The notes under the pieces are model-generated. The model did not search any database and was not told where the DNA came from. It saw nothing but the letters and a program-made list of their open reading frames with translations. From Hormiphora californensis (taxonomy: Eukaryota > Animalia > Ctenophora): 64,000 bases of DNA. The translations under genes and the position numbers were made by a program. Shown one piece after another: positions 1-27,977 of this stretch. Location: positions 2,852,001-2,916,000 of the forward strand of contig CM035355.1 in assembly GCA_020137815.1 (NCBI GenBank), read 5' to 3'. The first letter of the stretch is position 1; every line of letters starts with the position of its first letter.

Positions 1-1207
1 GCTATTTTCATATTTAGGAGAGCTAAAACATGTTTTAGGTCCTAATAATATTATAGAAAGAATGCTCTGCAGAACAGAGATGGCGGTGTGAATTATAGAC
101 ATGTACCTCATGAAAAGTAGAGTAATTTATTATTTATCACAGTATATATATATTTTATTATCCGATTCAAACGCGGACTTTTTATGAGCCGCCTACCGTT
201 ATAACGGATAAATTTCGGACCACCTTGTTCTGGGCCTCAACATCATTGATATGTTCAAAGTGATTTTTTTGGATCATTTGAATACCTTTGTACTACCGAA
301 TGAGGATGGAGAGATTAGGATAGAGATAGAGAGAGGAGGAGGAGAGTGAGAGAGATGACGTAGCAAGAAGATCAATAGGAGCAGACACTAGCGTTCACTT
401 CACGCAAGAGTATAGTATCATATTACTTGATTCGTAATGCTTGCTTGCAGCTAGTAAAACCGTAGTTAGAAGATTTTTTGATACTACCCTGTATAAGTTG
501 GGATGCCATCGCACACCCCCTATAATAGGGGGCTCGAGATCAATTTCAACGCAAGAACCTATAACTTCAGGGGAGAGAGTTCAGAAAAAGTACTCAAAAA
601 CTAGGTTTAATGGTATGGTTTAATGGTTTATGGTTGTTCAAAACTGGTATTAAAGGGCCGTGCGGCTCGGCCCCGTTGTTTGTTTAGGGGGAGTTTAGGG
701 GGGATGGGTTGTTTTGGGTTATATCGGGTCGGGTCCTTGCCGGCCCCAATGTTAGACGTGTTCAGTTTGATCCAGTTTAGTATTCTATTATCGTGAGCTG
801 GTCCTAATAATATTCGACCACACATACGATATGTTTAGAACGTTGTGAGAGTCTACACATCATTGGATATCACAAAAGTGAGTTTGTTTTGTATGCATTG
901 GAATAGACCCTTTTTTACCACCGATGGAGGGGAGAAGGAGAGGGAGAGGGAGAGGATAGGGGGGGGGGGGAGAGAGAGAGAGAGAGAGAGGGGGGGGAGA
1001 GACAGATAGGCGTTCACTACTGCAAGAGTAGTAGTTATCATATATAACGTTTGATTTCGTAAATGGCTTGCTTGTTATGGCTAAAGAAAAAGAGGAAAGA
1101 AAGAAGATTTTGAATATGAGATAGACATGTGGCATGAAGTAGACGCATAGAACAAGACTAAAATTAGTGGAAGGGTGGAGAAGAGAATATTTGAACAAGA
1201 AGAGAGA

Positions 1208-1265
<58 letters not shown>

Positions 1266-1285
1266 GAGAGCGAGAGCGAGAGATC

Positions 1286-1329
<44 letters not shown>

Positions 1330-1818
1330 GAGCTAGAGAGATAGAGAGTGAGAGAGAGAGTGAATAGAATCGAGATGCTATCCTTCGCGTAATCTTTCTC
1401 ACTATCTTTCGTGTTTTGTACGTTTCCGTGTCTCCCATATTGTCCCCATCTACCTAAAGAATTGTATCTGGCATATTCAAGATGATGTACTAGTTGGACA
1501 TCTGGTAATTTATTCACATATGTATGTGTGTGATACAGGTCATTTTCCATTGAACATAAGTTTTAGTTTCGTGCATGTGATTTTAGTAAGTTGCCATCAC
1601 TAGCGTACAAATTGGATTTATGTTCTTGAGGCTCAGAAATATATTCGTGGACGAGGTTTTAGTTATCTCTCTGTTTGTTAGATTATACTGCCAATGTTGC
1701 TTATGAGGCCAAACATATCGACACACTTGATGAACTTACAACTAAGCTTACAGCCCCATGCTTAAAAACGATTACGATTAATAATCCTTTAGGGATTAGC
1801 TTTAAAATGATCACTTAC

Positions 1819-17523
<15,705 letters not shown>

Positions 17524-17754
17524 CCTGCTCTTATAGGGTGTGTTAACTGTTAATTGTGGCTGAATTTCGTGTTTTGAGTAGGTAAACGTAATTTTTGATA
17601 AGCCGCTGTACATTCAACCAAATACAATTGAAAACCAAACTATCAATAGTGACACAAACTGAGGGCAGCTCAATAATCTTGAAGCTTAGAGATTTAGAGG
17701 GTAGTGCCTATCAGATGAGTGCATTTTGATCAGAGAAATGAGGATACAGAATAC

Positions 17755-17863
17755 CAGAAACCGACCGAATCAGGAAATACTGGTCCCTGATTGGCTGATA
17801 ACCAGTCACGTGACCTAAATAACGAGTTCTGATTGGTTGTTTACTTAATCCGGTCGGTTCCTG
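17755..17863. mobile_element. 109-bp hAT-type MITE with 8-bp TSD
   Basis: TIRs cagaaaccgaccg / cggtcggttcctg; perfect TSD cagaatac at 17747-17754 and 17864-17871; internal ctgattgg x2 and tcacgtga. Confidence 0.9.
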
Positions 17864-19390
17864 CAGAATACAGATCCACGCTAAATATAGTAGGAATCCT
17901 ACTGCAGTAGGAGGGTCTACTGCAGTAGGAGGGTCTATGATTGAATCCATTTTAACTACAAGGTACAGATGTAATAACAGGTTAATTGCATAATAAGGAT
18001 CGGTTCACGGGATATGATTTATTTAGCTGCACCCCATCACAAAAAATTGGAAAATGTAATAGGACATTGTGGCAAATGTCAACAAGTTCGTTTCGAGATG
18101 TTTTTTGAAAATAGGTTTAAAATTGAACAGATCTATACTATCAAAGTTAAAAATGTACAAGATTTGAGCGCTGATATCAAGTCCATTATTTATTCTTCCA
18201 GGAGATCTCTCATCTCCCTGGGACTTCCCCAGCTGAGGGATGTCCAAGAAGCAATCTACTGCTAAAATTTGCGTCAGAATTGTCACTGAGTCACTTTTCT
18301 GGCATTGGATTACGTCTTGTGTGGTGCATCTATTACATCCCCCAGCTGGAACGTCCGGCCAGCCCGGGAGAACTGTCGGGGGTACAAGGGAGGCTGCAAG
18401 GTAGGGGATTGCAAGGCAAGGTAGGGGACTGTGGCATATGAAAAGTCACTATTTGAAAGTCCATGGTGAGCTCAGGGCTGCCACGTCCGAGTTATTTTGA
18501 ATTTTGAAATTTGATCACAGAAAAACCAAGACACCCGAACGCGACAGAACGTAAATTTTTGTTTTTGAAACAAATTCCGCGCGCGCGATAAAAAACTATT
18601 AAACTATTAATGCGCGGCAATTTATTTGCGCGTGCGAAATATCGCTCTTGAAATTTTGCCAAAATAAAAACTGCTCCAAGTCAAAATTTTTGAAACTGTC
18701 CGCCCTTTTGGCTTTTTTTTTGCGTTACCTGAAAAGCGCTGCCTTATAGGGATCCCTAAAAAAGTTCAGTATTTACACAGAGTTTACACAGTCTTTACTC
18801 AGTCGTTACACCCAGAGCGGCGCGTGCTGCGCACAGTGGCTTTTTCCAAGAAAATATTGGATTGTGTGCTGCACAATTGACAAAATTGAGCGCTGCGGCG
18901 AAAAAAGTTTCCGAAAACGCTGCAAATCGAGTGCGAAAGACGCAGTCGTTACACCCAGAGCGGCGCGGGCGCTCTGGGTGTGGTAGCATACAATAATGCC
19001 TACGGTCAATAATGCCTACACCCTAAAACACCTAATTAGAGGTGGAGGGTAGGCAAAACTGCTTGTAGGCATTATCGTCAACACCAGGGGGGTAAACCGC
19101 AGTTTTGCCTACGGTACATAATGCCTACCATGTAGGCAAAACTGTGATTTTACCACTGATGTTGACAATAATGCCTACGAGCAGTTTTGCCTACCCTCCA
19201 CCTCAGGGTGTAGGCAGTATTGCATTGCAGTTGACAACTCGCTAAGGATATCTCGATTCGGTATATATATTTACCGAATCGAGATATTCTTAGCGAGTTG
19301 TCAACTGCAATGCAATCTTTCATTCTCTTTTCTATCAATATTTCAATATATAGAAATATATATATTGATAGAAAAGAGACTGAAAATAGA

Positions 19391-19421
<31 letters not shown>

Positions 19422-19438
19422 AAGAGAGAGAAAGAGAA

Positions 19439-19532
<94 letters not shown>

Positions 19533-19588
19533 AAAACAAGCTAGTTCATTATTATAAAACTGAAATAAAACTGAAATACAACTGAATT

Positions 19589-21737
19589 TTACACAAGTCT
19601 GCTCAAAGATCTGCAGTAAAGGGCAAGTCCGACAGTTCCGTAGTTACTGATGGCTTTCTTGATCCTCTCCTCAAGGTCCCGATACTTCTTCCTCCTCTTA
19701 GCGGCAGGAACGTTCCCAGTGAGGCAGTGCTCGATGTGTAGTTCGGCCTGTTGATTGAACTGGGTCAGGGCGTCCGCCAGGAGTCCACCAGAGGGATTAC
19801 TGCAACCGATGAAGCGGTTCAAGGCATTGTTGTTCCCCTCCGAGTGGTTGTTGGTACGGGGACCTCCGTCTAGGACAGTCTGGAACATGTTCCACATCCG
19901 GATAGGGTAGATGGGTGAAAGGATCCAGGTGGCTTCAAAGTAGTCTAGGAATACTCCCGCCGCAGCTGCTGTGGATGGTGAGAGGTTCAGTTTGAGGTAG
20001 TTCCAGGAGTCCACCACCTCGCCAACAGGAACGAATGCCAGTCCAAACAGAGTTTCCAGCTCCAGCTTGAGCACCGGGTCAGAGGGGTAGTCCTGGAGCT
20101 TCATTAGGTGTCGCCGTACTGCTTGCTTCCAGTGGAATAGGCAGCCCCGTATGTCTGCATCAGGGAAGTGTAGATTGATGGCTCCATGTTCGGCCTGCTC
20201 AAAGTCACAGAGTATGGTGTCCATGTTTAGGCGGGGGCAGGCAGCTTTTAGGATTTCCAGGCAGGTGGAGTAGGAAGAGGTAGTCTGGTCCTCCAGGAGA
20301 AAGTAGGCCAAAGGAGTAGCCTCGGAGCTTCCACATACATGGCCGCAGACGATCCAAAGTTGCCGGAAGTGTTTGGGTGCCACCTTGAAGGTTCCATCCA
20401 GATAGAGGGTGGAGTGGTGTTGGTTGAGGACTTCGAGGGTGTTGGTGGAGGCCATTGCAATAACACGCCGGTTGAGGTTGGTAATGAAATTCCCCCTCTG
20501 CGCTAGCTCACGGAGGGGTAATAATATCGCTTGTACGGCGGGAAAAAAATTCCTGTGTCCAAACTACAAAACAGAAAGTTCTAATTTTTTGAACATACCG
20601 AGGAAATTGTCTGAGCTACCATTACATACCGGAATTTTTCGATATTTTGGCCATTAACACTGTTTTTGTTTTTGGAAAACTATGAAGATGCTGGAATTTG
20701 GCTACAAAAAGCTTCAGAAATGTGCAAAATGCCATTCCAAAGGTATTAGAGGTGGATTCATTGATAACTAAGCTATAGTCGAGTCAGAATAAATTCCACA
20801 AGATTGGAATTTTATGCCCATATAAGGAGTTATGCGACACACCTCTGTTGTTAAACATGTGGTGGAATCGCTACCGGTCGCTACTTTCTGTAGAATGCAG
20901 GTCCTGGTTACTATACAAACTAGTACCATACGTTTTAGATAGGTTTTAGACAAGTTTTCGATAACTTTTCATGAGAAGGTCCTGTAAATTTTCATTTTTA
21001 GGTAGGCGGTATTGTCACCCCTTTGGCTGCGAAGGGGTTCGCGAAAAATCGCGCGCGAAAAAGAGGGCGCGACGTGCCCAAGTCACCCCTATATGCAATA
21101 ATAGGGGTGACTTCGTAACCAAGGTTGAGGGAGGTGGTGGTGTCCGAGAATATATGGAAGCCGGTCCCAGATGAAGGAAGAGGTAGGGAAAACTCTGTAG
21201 CGCATGTAGCTTCAATCAGGGGGTATCCTCTCTCCAGTCTCCTCTTGTAGGTAACTTTTCTCTTGAGCTTTTTTAGGTCAGGCAGCTCATGGATGGCGTC
21301 CTGGGGGGTCCCGCCTAGTAGACTGGTTACCAGCTTCGCAGGGGCGTCAGATGAAGAGGTAGTAACTTGCCGGAGTCTAGAGAGGAAGGCATTTGCCGAT
21401 GTTGTCTGGATGGAGGGGTCATGGGTGTGCGGGGTCTCCTTTACTACTCCAACTGGTTCATCGAGGGTGGTAGTTAGTCGTCCCGTACAGTTTGGTGTGT
21501 ACTGTTTCCGGTCCTTGCAGGCCCAGTGCTGGACTTTCTGGGTCTTCCTGTTTCCACAGTAGAGGTATCCATTATAGGCGGCCTGTCGTCCACCTTTAGC
21601 ACCAGTCAGGAATTGAAGAGAGGATGTGACAGGAGGAGGAGGGGTAGGTAGGGTAGGTGTAGCAGGCGGAGGAGGAGGAGGGGTAGGTAGGGTAGGTGTA
21701 GCAGGAAGAGGAGGAGGAGGAGTAGTAGGTCCAACCG
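19589..21737 (-). pseudogene. MULE transposase (FLYWCH zinc finger + MULE DDE domain), interrupted
   Basis: C-terminal part 20477-19589 has LYLDGTFKVAP, CDFE, GCLFHWKQA and RTNNHSEG motifs. N-terminal part ~21737-21123 reads FLTGAKGGRQAAYNGYLYC..HWACKDRK..CTGRLTT..PHTH. Removing 20478-21122 plus one TSD fuses them in frame (..TTTSLNRRVIAMAS..). No in-frame ATG was found at the 5' end. Confidence 0.9.
20478..21122. mobile_element. 645-bp non-autonomous TIR element inside the MULE transposase
   Basis: 8-bp TSD ggttgagg (20470-20477, 21123-21130); imperfect 20-bp TIRs ttggtaatgaaattccccct / aggggtgacttcgtaaccaa (15/20 match). Confidence 0.85.
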
Positions 21738-23072
21738 ATTAGCATAGTGAATGAGACATGAGAGCTCCTCTAATCGTTGTAACAAGCCGTTAGATGAACC
21801 GCCCATATCACGTATCCAATCCGACATGAGACATGAGAGCTTAAGCCTTACCGATTAGAGGAGCTCTCATGTCAATCGGTTTACTCCAATAACTAACGAG
21901 CCATATCTCCTATATCGTATTGGTGCCGCCCTCAGGGTCACGTTACCAATCGGGATATGATGATTTGACGCTTGTAGGCATTATCGCCATATCAACAATA
22001 ATATTGACGCTTTTGCCTACACCCAATCACCCCTGTAGGCATTATCGCCATATCAACAATAATATTGATGCTTTTGCCTACACCCAATTATCAATAATGT
22101 AGGCATTATTGATCGTAGGCATTATCGTACTTTATCGTAGGCATTATTGCCACCGTAGGCATTATTGCCGTTTTGACGGTTTTGCCTACACCCAATTATA
22201 TATGCCTATATACCCTGTAGGCATTATTGACCGTAGGCATTATCGTACGTAATCCTGGGTGTAACGACTGAGTAAAGACTGTGTAAACTCTGTGTAAATA
22301 CTGAACTTTTTTAGGGATCCCTATCCCGCGCTGCCAGTAACGTTTGCCAATTGCGTCGGTTACAGGTCATAGCTCCTGGGGAGCTCCTCCCAGCTCCACC
22401 CCCTGATAAGTTGAAATCTCCAAACTTAGAGGTTAGGAACTAGGAAGAATTCGACATTTTCTTCCTAGCCTCCAAATTTGAAGTTTTTATCTTTACAGGA
22501 ATCGGAGAGACGTAAGTTTTTTAAAATCAATGGTGGATTGGTGGGCGGACAGTTTTAAAATCGACATTTCTTTTTATTCTTTTGCTAGTATTGAATTCTC
22601 CTCCCTTTAAGAGGGGCCTACAGCGTATCCCAACTTTTTCTTTGTTCAAAGCCAATGCTCTGAGTCAAAGCCTCTGACAGGTTCAAAGAGGGCTCTCCGG
22701 CCTCCGCAAGCGGTGTGTAGTATGCATCAAAAACGCACGGTAAACGGCAAACACAAGACTTTTAAATTGTGTCATGTGTGTGCAAATGTTTCCAAGATGT
22801 TTCCAATGTATGGGATATGTTCACCTCAAACATTTGGCAGCGAAGCTGTCAGAGCATTGGCCTGACCCTATTCTCGGAGCGCGCAAGAACTGTGGTCAGA
22901 GCATTGGCCTGACAGGTCGGAAGGGGATAGCGCAACGTGCCCAACTCAAACATAAGGTCAAAAAGATTTCTGATAAGTTAAACGATTTCCAATTTTATTT
23001 CTAAAAGATAAAAACATAACAATAACTCATATTAATACTTCAAATGATCAATGAAAGAAAGTGAGCTGTCCC

Positions 23073-26000
23073 TCACTCCTCGTCTTTCAGCCACGGAGTC
23101 CATTTCAATAATTTCGTCTCACTGATGTCATTATACTCAACCTCTCCCTCCTTGAAGTCATAAGTCTTTATACCCACTCCGTCCGCAATATCTTGTGCAG
23201 AAAGTTTAAACTCGTCCACGAAAAACAGGGGCTTCCCCATTTTCGCTGCGTTCTCCGCCAAAACTGAGTACATTTTTCGAGCCATGCTTTCAAAGCGGCT
23301 ACTTTCAGTAAACAGGTCATATGACTCACTGGGATCAGATGACAGATCAAATAGCATTATATTGTCCGTTGTGAATGCCCCCACTTCCGAAATGTTTTGG
23401 TAAAATGTTCTAGAGGCACTATTTTCCGCCATTTTCTGTATGAAGCTCGACTGATTTCCAAAAAGAATCTTCGAATATTGAGAATACATTGTATCGTCGC
23501 CTTTGTAGTAGGTAGTGTCATTTTCTTTTATTAATGGTTGGAAAACCTCATCATAGGGACGTGGTGAGGGGTCCCCTACAATCAGTTTGTAATCGTTTGT
23601 AATGTACGCTGCCTGCTTGTAACATGGATCCAGCTCCAGGATTAGATCGGTCCGGGTCGGCTTATCTGCGTTACCGTACAGCACATCTGGACAAGAATTC
23701 AGTTAGTTTGTGAGTCAGAGTATAAAATTTATTTATATTTAATACAAAATTGTCTTGCAGTTAGCTCTAAACTTGTTGAGTAAGTACTACTAAGTAATAC
23801 TCAACAACTCAAAACTGAAGAATGACAGGTGTAAAACTTCTAAACTCACCCATCTGATTGACACCGTCCAATTCCAGCTTAGGTTTAACCCGGGCGATTT
23901 TAGCCAGCGTGGGTAGCCAGTCGGTAATGTGGAAGAGCTGATCGGAAACCCCCTGGGTGATGCCTGCTCCCCACACAAAGGCCGGTACCTTCACTCCTCC
24001 CTCCCATACCGTCCACTTGCTCCCCCTGAGTGGGTAATTATTGCCCCCAATCCAAGGGCTCCCTGCCCCCGGTCCCTGAACTGCCCCTCCATTATCACCA
24101 GTAAATATGACGATAGTGTTGTCTCCCATACCATTGGCTCTCAGTGCCTCCACTATCTGCTGCATCCCCGAGTCCAGACTGCTCATCAGCGCCGAGAACT
24201 TCCTCCGTATCTGGGGGTGGGGATGAGACGTAACACCACATACAATATAATAACTTATGTTAACACGTCCAGATACAATGGATCACGGTATTACTGATCT
24301 GTAACAGAAGATCTGTAACAGATCTATTATATTATAACTTCAGGTAATAAATACAGGTGATTGATCAGAGGACAACCTGAGCTGATGCTTCTGCTAGAGG
24401 CAGCTACCATGATAGCAACCCATGGCATTAAAATACTACCAAAGCAATCCATGATGAGGGGTTACCATAGCAACCTAAGAACCTACCGTATTTGTTGCGT
24501 TACTGGGAACTTTAGCGAGATCTTCATCCAGTGGTTGTAAGGGGCTGTGCGGGTTCATGTAACTGACAGTCAGGAATAGTGGGTCTCTCGTGTCGTGTCC
24601 CTTGGAGAAAAGACAGTTATGGGAAACTGGAATATAATATCTTATGCAGGATTTATTTCACGATTTGGGCGAACAACCAAATCTTTATTCATCAAACAAG
24701 AATAATTGCGGTATAATGCCATACCGCCTGATTTCCCCGCCAACCATGTGATCTGGCATGTGCCAGTTGCCACACCTGCTTCTAATTGGGCACTGATACG
24801 TGAGCCGGTATAGCTGATGGGTTGCCTGAGCTATGTGATATCCTAGTAATAATAATAAGTCGCAGTTCCGATCACAAATGCAGAACAATGTTCATTGCAC
24901 AATGACGTAGGGCGCGATGACAAATCTATGAACAATTGTAATTGCAAGTGCAACATAAAGGCGCCGCGCACATGCGCACGAACTTCCTGTTGTGTTCAGT
25001 CAGTAAGTGACAGCATTCCGCACTGGATAGTTGCCAACAGCAACTCAGGAGGTTACGTTACAGGATTTAAGCGTGACACTTCACTAGTATGTAAAATAAA
25101 ATTGTCGAATTCTAAACCCCTATGCCTTTTTACAAAAGGCATCCGGGTGAATGCCTTCGGCATTCACCGGGCGGGGAAAAAATCTTTTTCTAACATTAAT
25201 ATATGAACAGTAGATCTACCTCGATGATCTCCACAGCTTTGTCTGTGAAGAGTTTCTCTGAAAATACACCGTACGTGTCCATGATCAGTTTTCTGTTCGC
25301 TTCATCTGTCTCAACTATATTACCGTCTGATGGGGGGGGGGGGGTTAAGGGGTGATGATAGTCAATGATCTTTGGTCACACATTTTTGAGGAATAACGGG
25401 GTGTGGGTAACATGTTAAATAGCTGGTTGGAGACAGAGTATAATTATAAGGTAGTTTATAATGTCTTCTCACCCGAATCAAGTGTTTGTTCGTGCAGATC
25501 AAATACTTGGACACCCGGGGACTCTGGCTCAGCCATTTCGTGGGTAAAATAGTCAGCGAACCCACCGTACATTCCCTGGAACTTATCGAATCCTCTCCTG
25601 GTGGTAATTAAGAGTTGTGAGGACTGCTGTACGAAAATTGGTACAAGGAGTGACGTGACAAAATGTGCTTTATAAATTATTCACAAATAGCTACACAAAA
25701 CAGCTGGTTTCCCCGCAGCTACAAATACGCAAGAAAAAAGCTAAATTTTAGCAACTTTTTGTTCTGCAAGCTTTTTTGAAACTGATCCTCTCTCACTTAG
25801 CACAGTGACCCACATGAATGACGAGGTGCTGTGATTTTCTTAGAAAAATGCTGTTAATCAGGCTGTGTAAGAGAGGAATATATACCACTTAACTACAGCT
25901 ACAACATCATAATAAAGGTACTGGTTAGCGTTGGAAGGTCGCACACACACCCTCCCTTAACACAGCGCTGACAAGGGCTCTAGAAATATTATGTGCTGTA

Positions 26001-26721
26001 ATTACTCAAGTGGGGATTTGTGAGTTAGGTAGTTGGAGACTCCTCCGTACATTCCATAAAACATATCAAATCCTCTCCTGAGTAGTATTGTTATATGTTT
26101 TCAATCCAATCACTGATCTGTTTTCAAAAGCTGTGAGTATCGTGTAGTTATGACATGCGTTACTATTTTGCAGGAAGATAAATGCCTTCGCATTGATTGA
26201 AGTGTTGGTATTTTGACGAGAGCTATAGATCTGAGGACTGTATTTGAAATGGAATATACCCTGCGTTGAGACGAATATTGGGTAGGTGTTCAGAAAGGGA
26301 CTGATGTCGGAGCTTGAATGACTTGAATTCTGATAAATTTTAAGTAGAAGATGAGAATGACAGAGAGTATGTGATGCGAAAGTATATTTCAGAAAATTCT
26401 ATCAGGTTTTTTTTTAAAACAAACTTCCTACTGATATGATTGGTTGTGAAGAGTTACAGGAAACGATCGTCCCCCATAATGATTCTTCATCAGAACCTGA
26501 AGACACCCTTCTGAAACACCCTGTAATACCCACTCTGCACCCACTTACTTTAGCGGAGTGTAGTCCCAGGATGCATATCCCAGGTGCCACTTCCCCACCA
26601 GGGCTGTCGTGTAACCTCCCTCTGACATTATCTGAGAGAAAGGGAGGGGTTGGGAGAGAGATGACAGACAGAGAGACAGGTACACAGAAACAGTCGCAGA
26701 AAAACAAACAAACAAACATAC

Positions 26722-26764
<43 letters not shown>

Positions 26765-27423
26765 TTGTACGCTACCTGTGGTAGCAGTTGATTTTCACTG
26801 AGTGGCAGGCCGATTTTAGCCCCATATAAAAGAGGTCGGGCTCCCTGCATGCCATACCGGAAAGGGTACCGGCCTGTGAACAGGGCTGCCCGAGCCGGGG
26901 TACAGATCGACTGGCCATAGTAGTTATCAAGCCTCAATCCCGAACTGAAACATGGGGAGTCTAATGTTAGAGTGAAGTTGAGGTGGTAACTAGGTGCTTC
27001 CCAGTCCCCTTTCCACTTGTTTCCCACCCCTGACTCAACAACTATAAACCACCGGCCCTAGATTGAAGATTCCCATTCTCGAATCCACCTAACTTTTGTC
27101 TACTTCATTTCAATACCTTGCTAGTTTGTCCAGGAATGGTGTCCTAATATCACCATGCTGGTTATAATACCCGATATCGTTGTGACCCATATCATCAGCT
27201 ATTATCAGCACCACATTCGGTTTAGGCTCCTGGAATTGGTTTTGATAATTTACCCGCTGTTCTTTTGAAGGAATAATTAGTGAAATATTAAGTCAATTGG
27301 TTTTATTACTACACCCCACGGTATAGAATGGTGTAAAACGTACCTGTTTGCCCTTTACTGTCAGGGTAATTGATAGCGTTACTATAGCGACAATGATAAT
27401 ACACAGAACCAGTAATAGGTAAT
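23073..27423 (-). CDS. Arylsulfatase (ARSB/ARSI/ARSJ-like, formylglycine-dependent sulfatase) with N-terminal hydrophobic segment
   Basis: In-frame exons 27423-27344 ([20 protein letters not shown]), 27229-27117 ([19 protein letters not shown]), 26944-26776 ([13 protein letters not shown]), 26631-26549 ([12 protein letters not shown]), 25597-25473 (RGFD), 25326-25220, 24600-24487 (PLFL..NPHSPLQ), 24210-23850 ([29 protein letters not shown]), 23686-23073 ([10 protein letters not shown], stop). The first exon is ambiguous (see findings). Confidence 0.95.
24694..25182 (-). mobile_element. Helentron-associated non-autonomous element (HINE/DINE-1-like), copy 1
   Basis: T-run, subTIR tttccccgcc, two hairpins, then subTIR ggcggggaaa, stem-loop gcggtat..ataccgc and terminal ttcttgttt. 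Confidence 0.7.
26006..26077 (-). CDS. Duplicated RGFD exon of the arylsulfatase (cassette or relic)
   Basis: [23 protein letters not shown] parallels [20 protein letters not shown] of exon 25597-25473; CAG acceptor and GTAATT donor, 72 nt, phase 2-2. Confidence 0.6.
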
Positions 27424-27880
27424 CTGAAAAGGAGGGGGGGGGGGTAATTATTGTTTTATAGTTATCTGGCTATTATGATCGGCTGACAAAATAGTTGTCC
27501 TTTGTGTGCATGTTTTTGAATGCTACAAGATAGCTCTGAATGTCGTATGCAAAAAGGCAGTACTCAGAGCTATGTGTTTCTAAAAATAGAACACCACGCT
27601 TCGTCCATGCAGTGATTCATGCAGTATTTCTATTTGTCTCTAATCAATAGTAATACATCAGTGATGCATCTTGTGTACTTTCTAGTCACTGTCTAATGTG
27701 GTACTTTGACGATCTCAAGTAATAATGCGATGCTTCACTTTGCAACCGTCCGATTCAATACGTTCAACCCATTTGCATATAATTCACCCCCACCGTCCCA
27801 AAGGCCCAGACCCCCTAAAGGTAAACCACCTTACATCTTAGCCAATACATCTCACTCAATATAAAACATCTTGAACTCAC

Positions 27881-27977
27881 AGGTAATTTCCCTGTACAAC
27901 AGGGGTTGTCGAAAGATCAGCCTCCACAAGAGGCAAGCAAGTAGGATGGTAAAAAACACTGCCGTCATGGCCACCAT
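27881..27977 (-). CDS. Candidate first exon of the arylsulfatase
   Basis: ATG 27977, MVAMTAVFFTILLACLLWRLIFRQPLLYREIT, GTGAGT donor in phase 1 matching exon 27423. Confidence 0.5.

Larger units (their letters stand above)
18982..22254 (-). mobile_element. Mutator-like (MULE) DNA transposon
   Basis: 8-bp TSD ctgggtgt (18974-18981, 22255-22262); imperfect ~40-bp TIRs; many inverted subterminal aataatgcctac/ttttgcctac motifs; internal transposase gene. Confidence 0.9.
18749..22321. mobile_element. TA-flanked MITE (~290 bp when reconstituted) split by a MULE insertion
   Basis: ~67-bp perfect inverted termini gggatccctaaaaaagttcagtatttacacag...cacccag at 18749-18815 and 22255-22321, with TA on both flanks. 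Confidence 0.85.

Noticed and set aside
300-1100. Degenerate duplicate (~300-480 vs ~920-1090)
   Set aside because: Noisy copy near the window or contig edge, probably a read-quality artefact; no coding signal.
20478-21122. Inner 645-bp element as a spliceable intron of the transposase
   Set aside because: Its termini lack GT/AG, and in-frame removal would require a poor donor (GTCACC).
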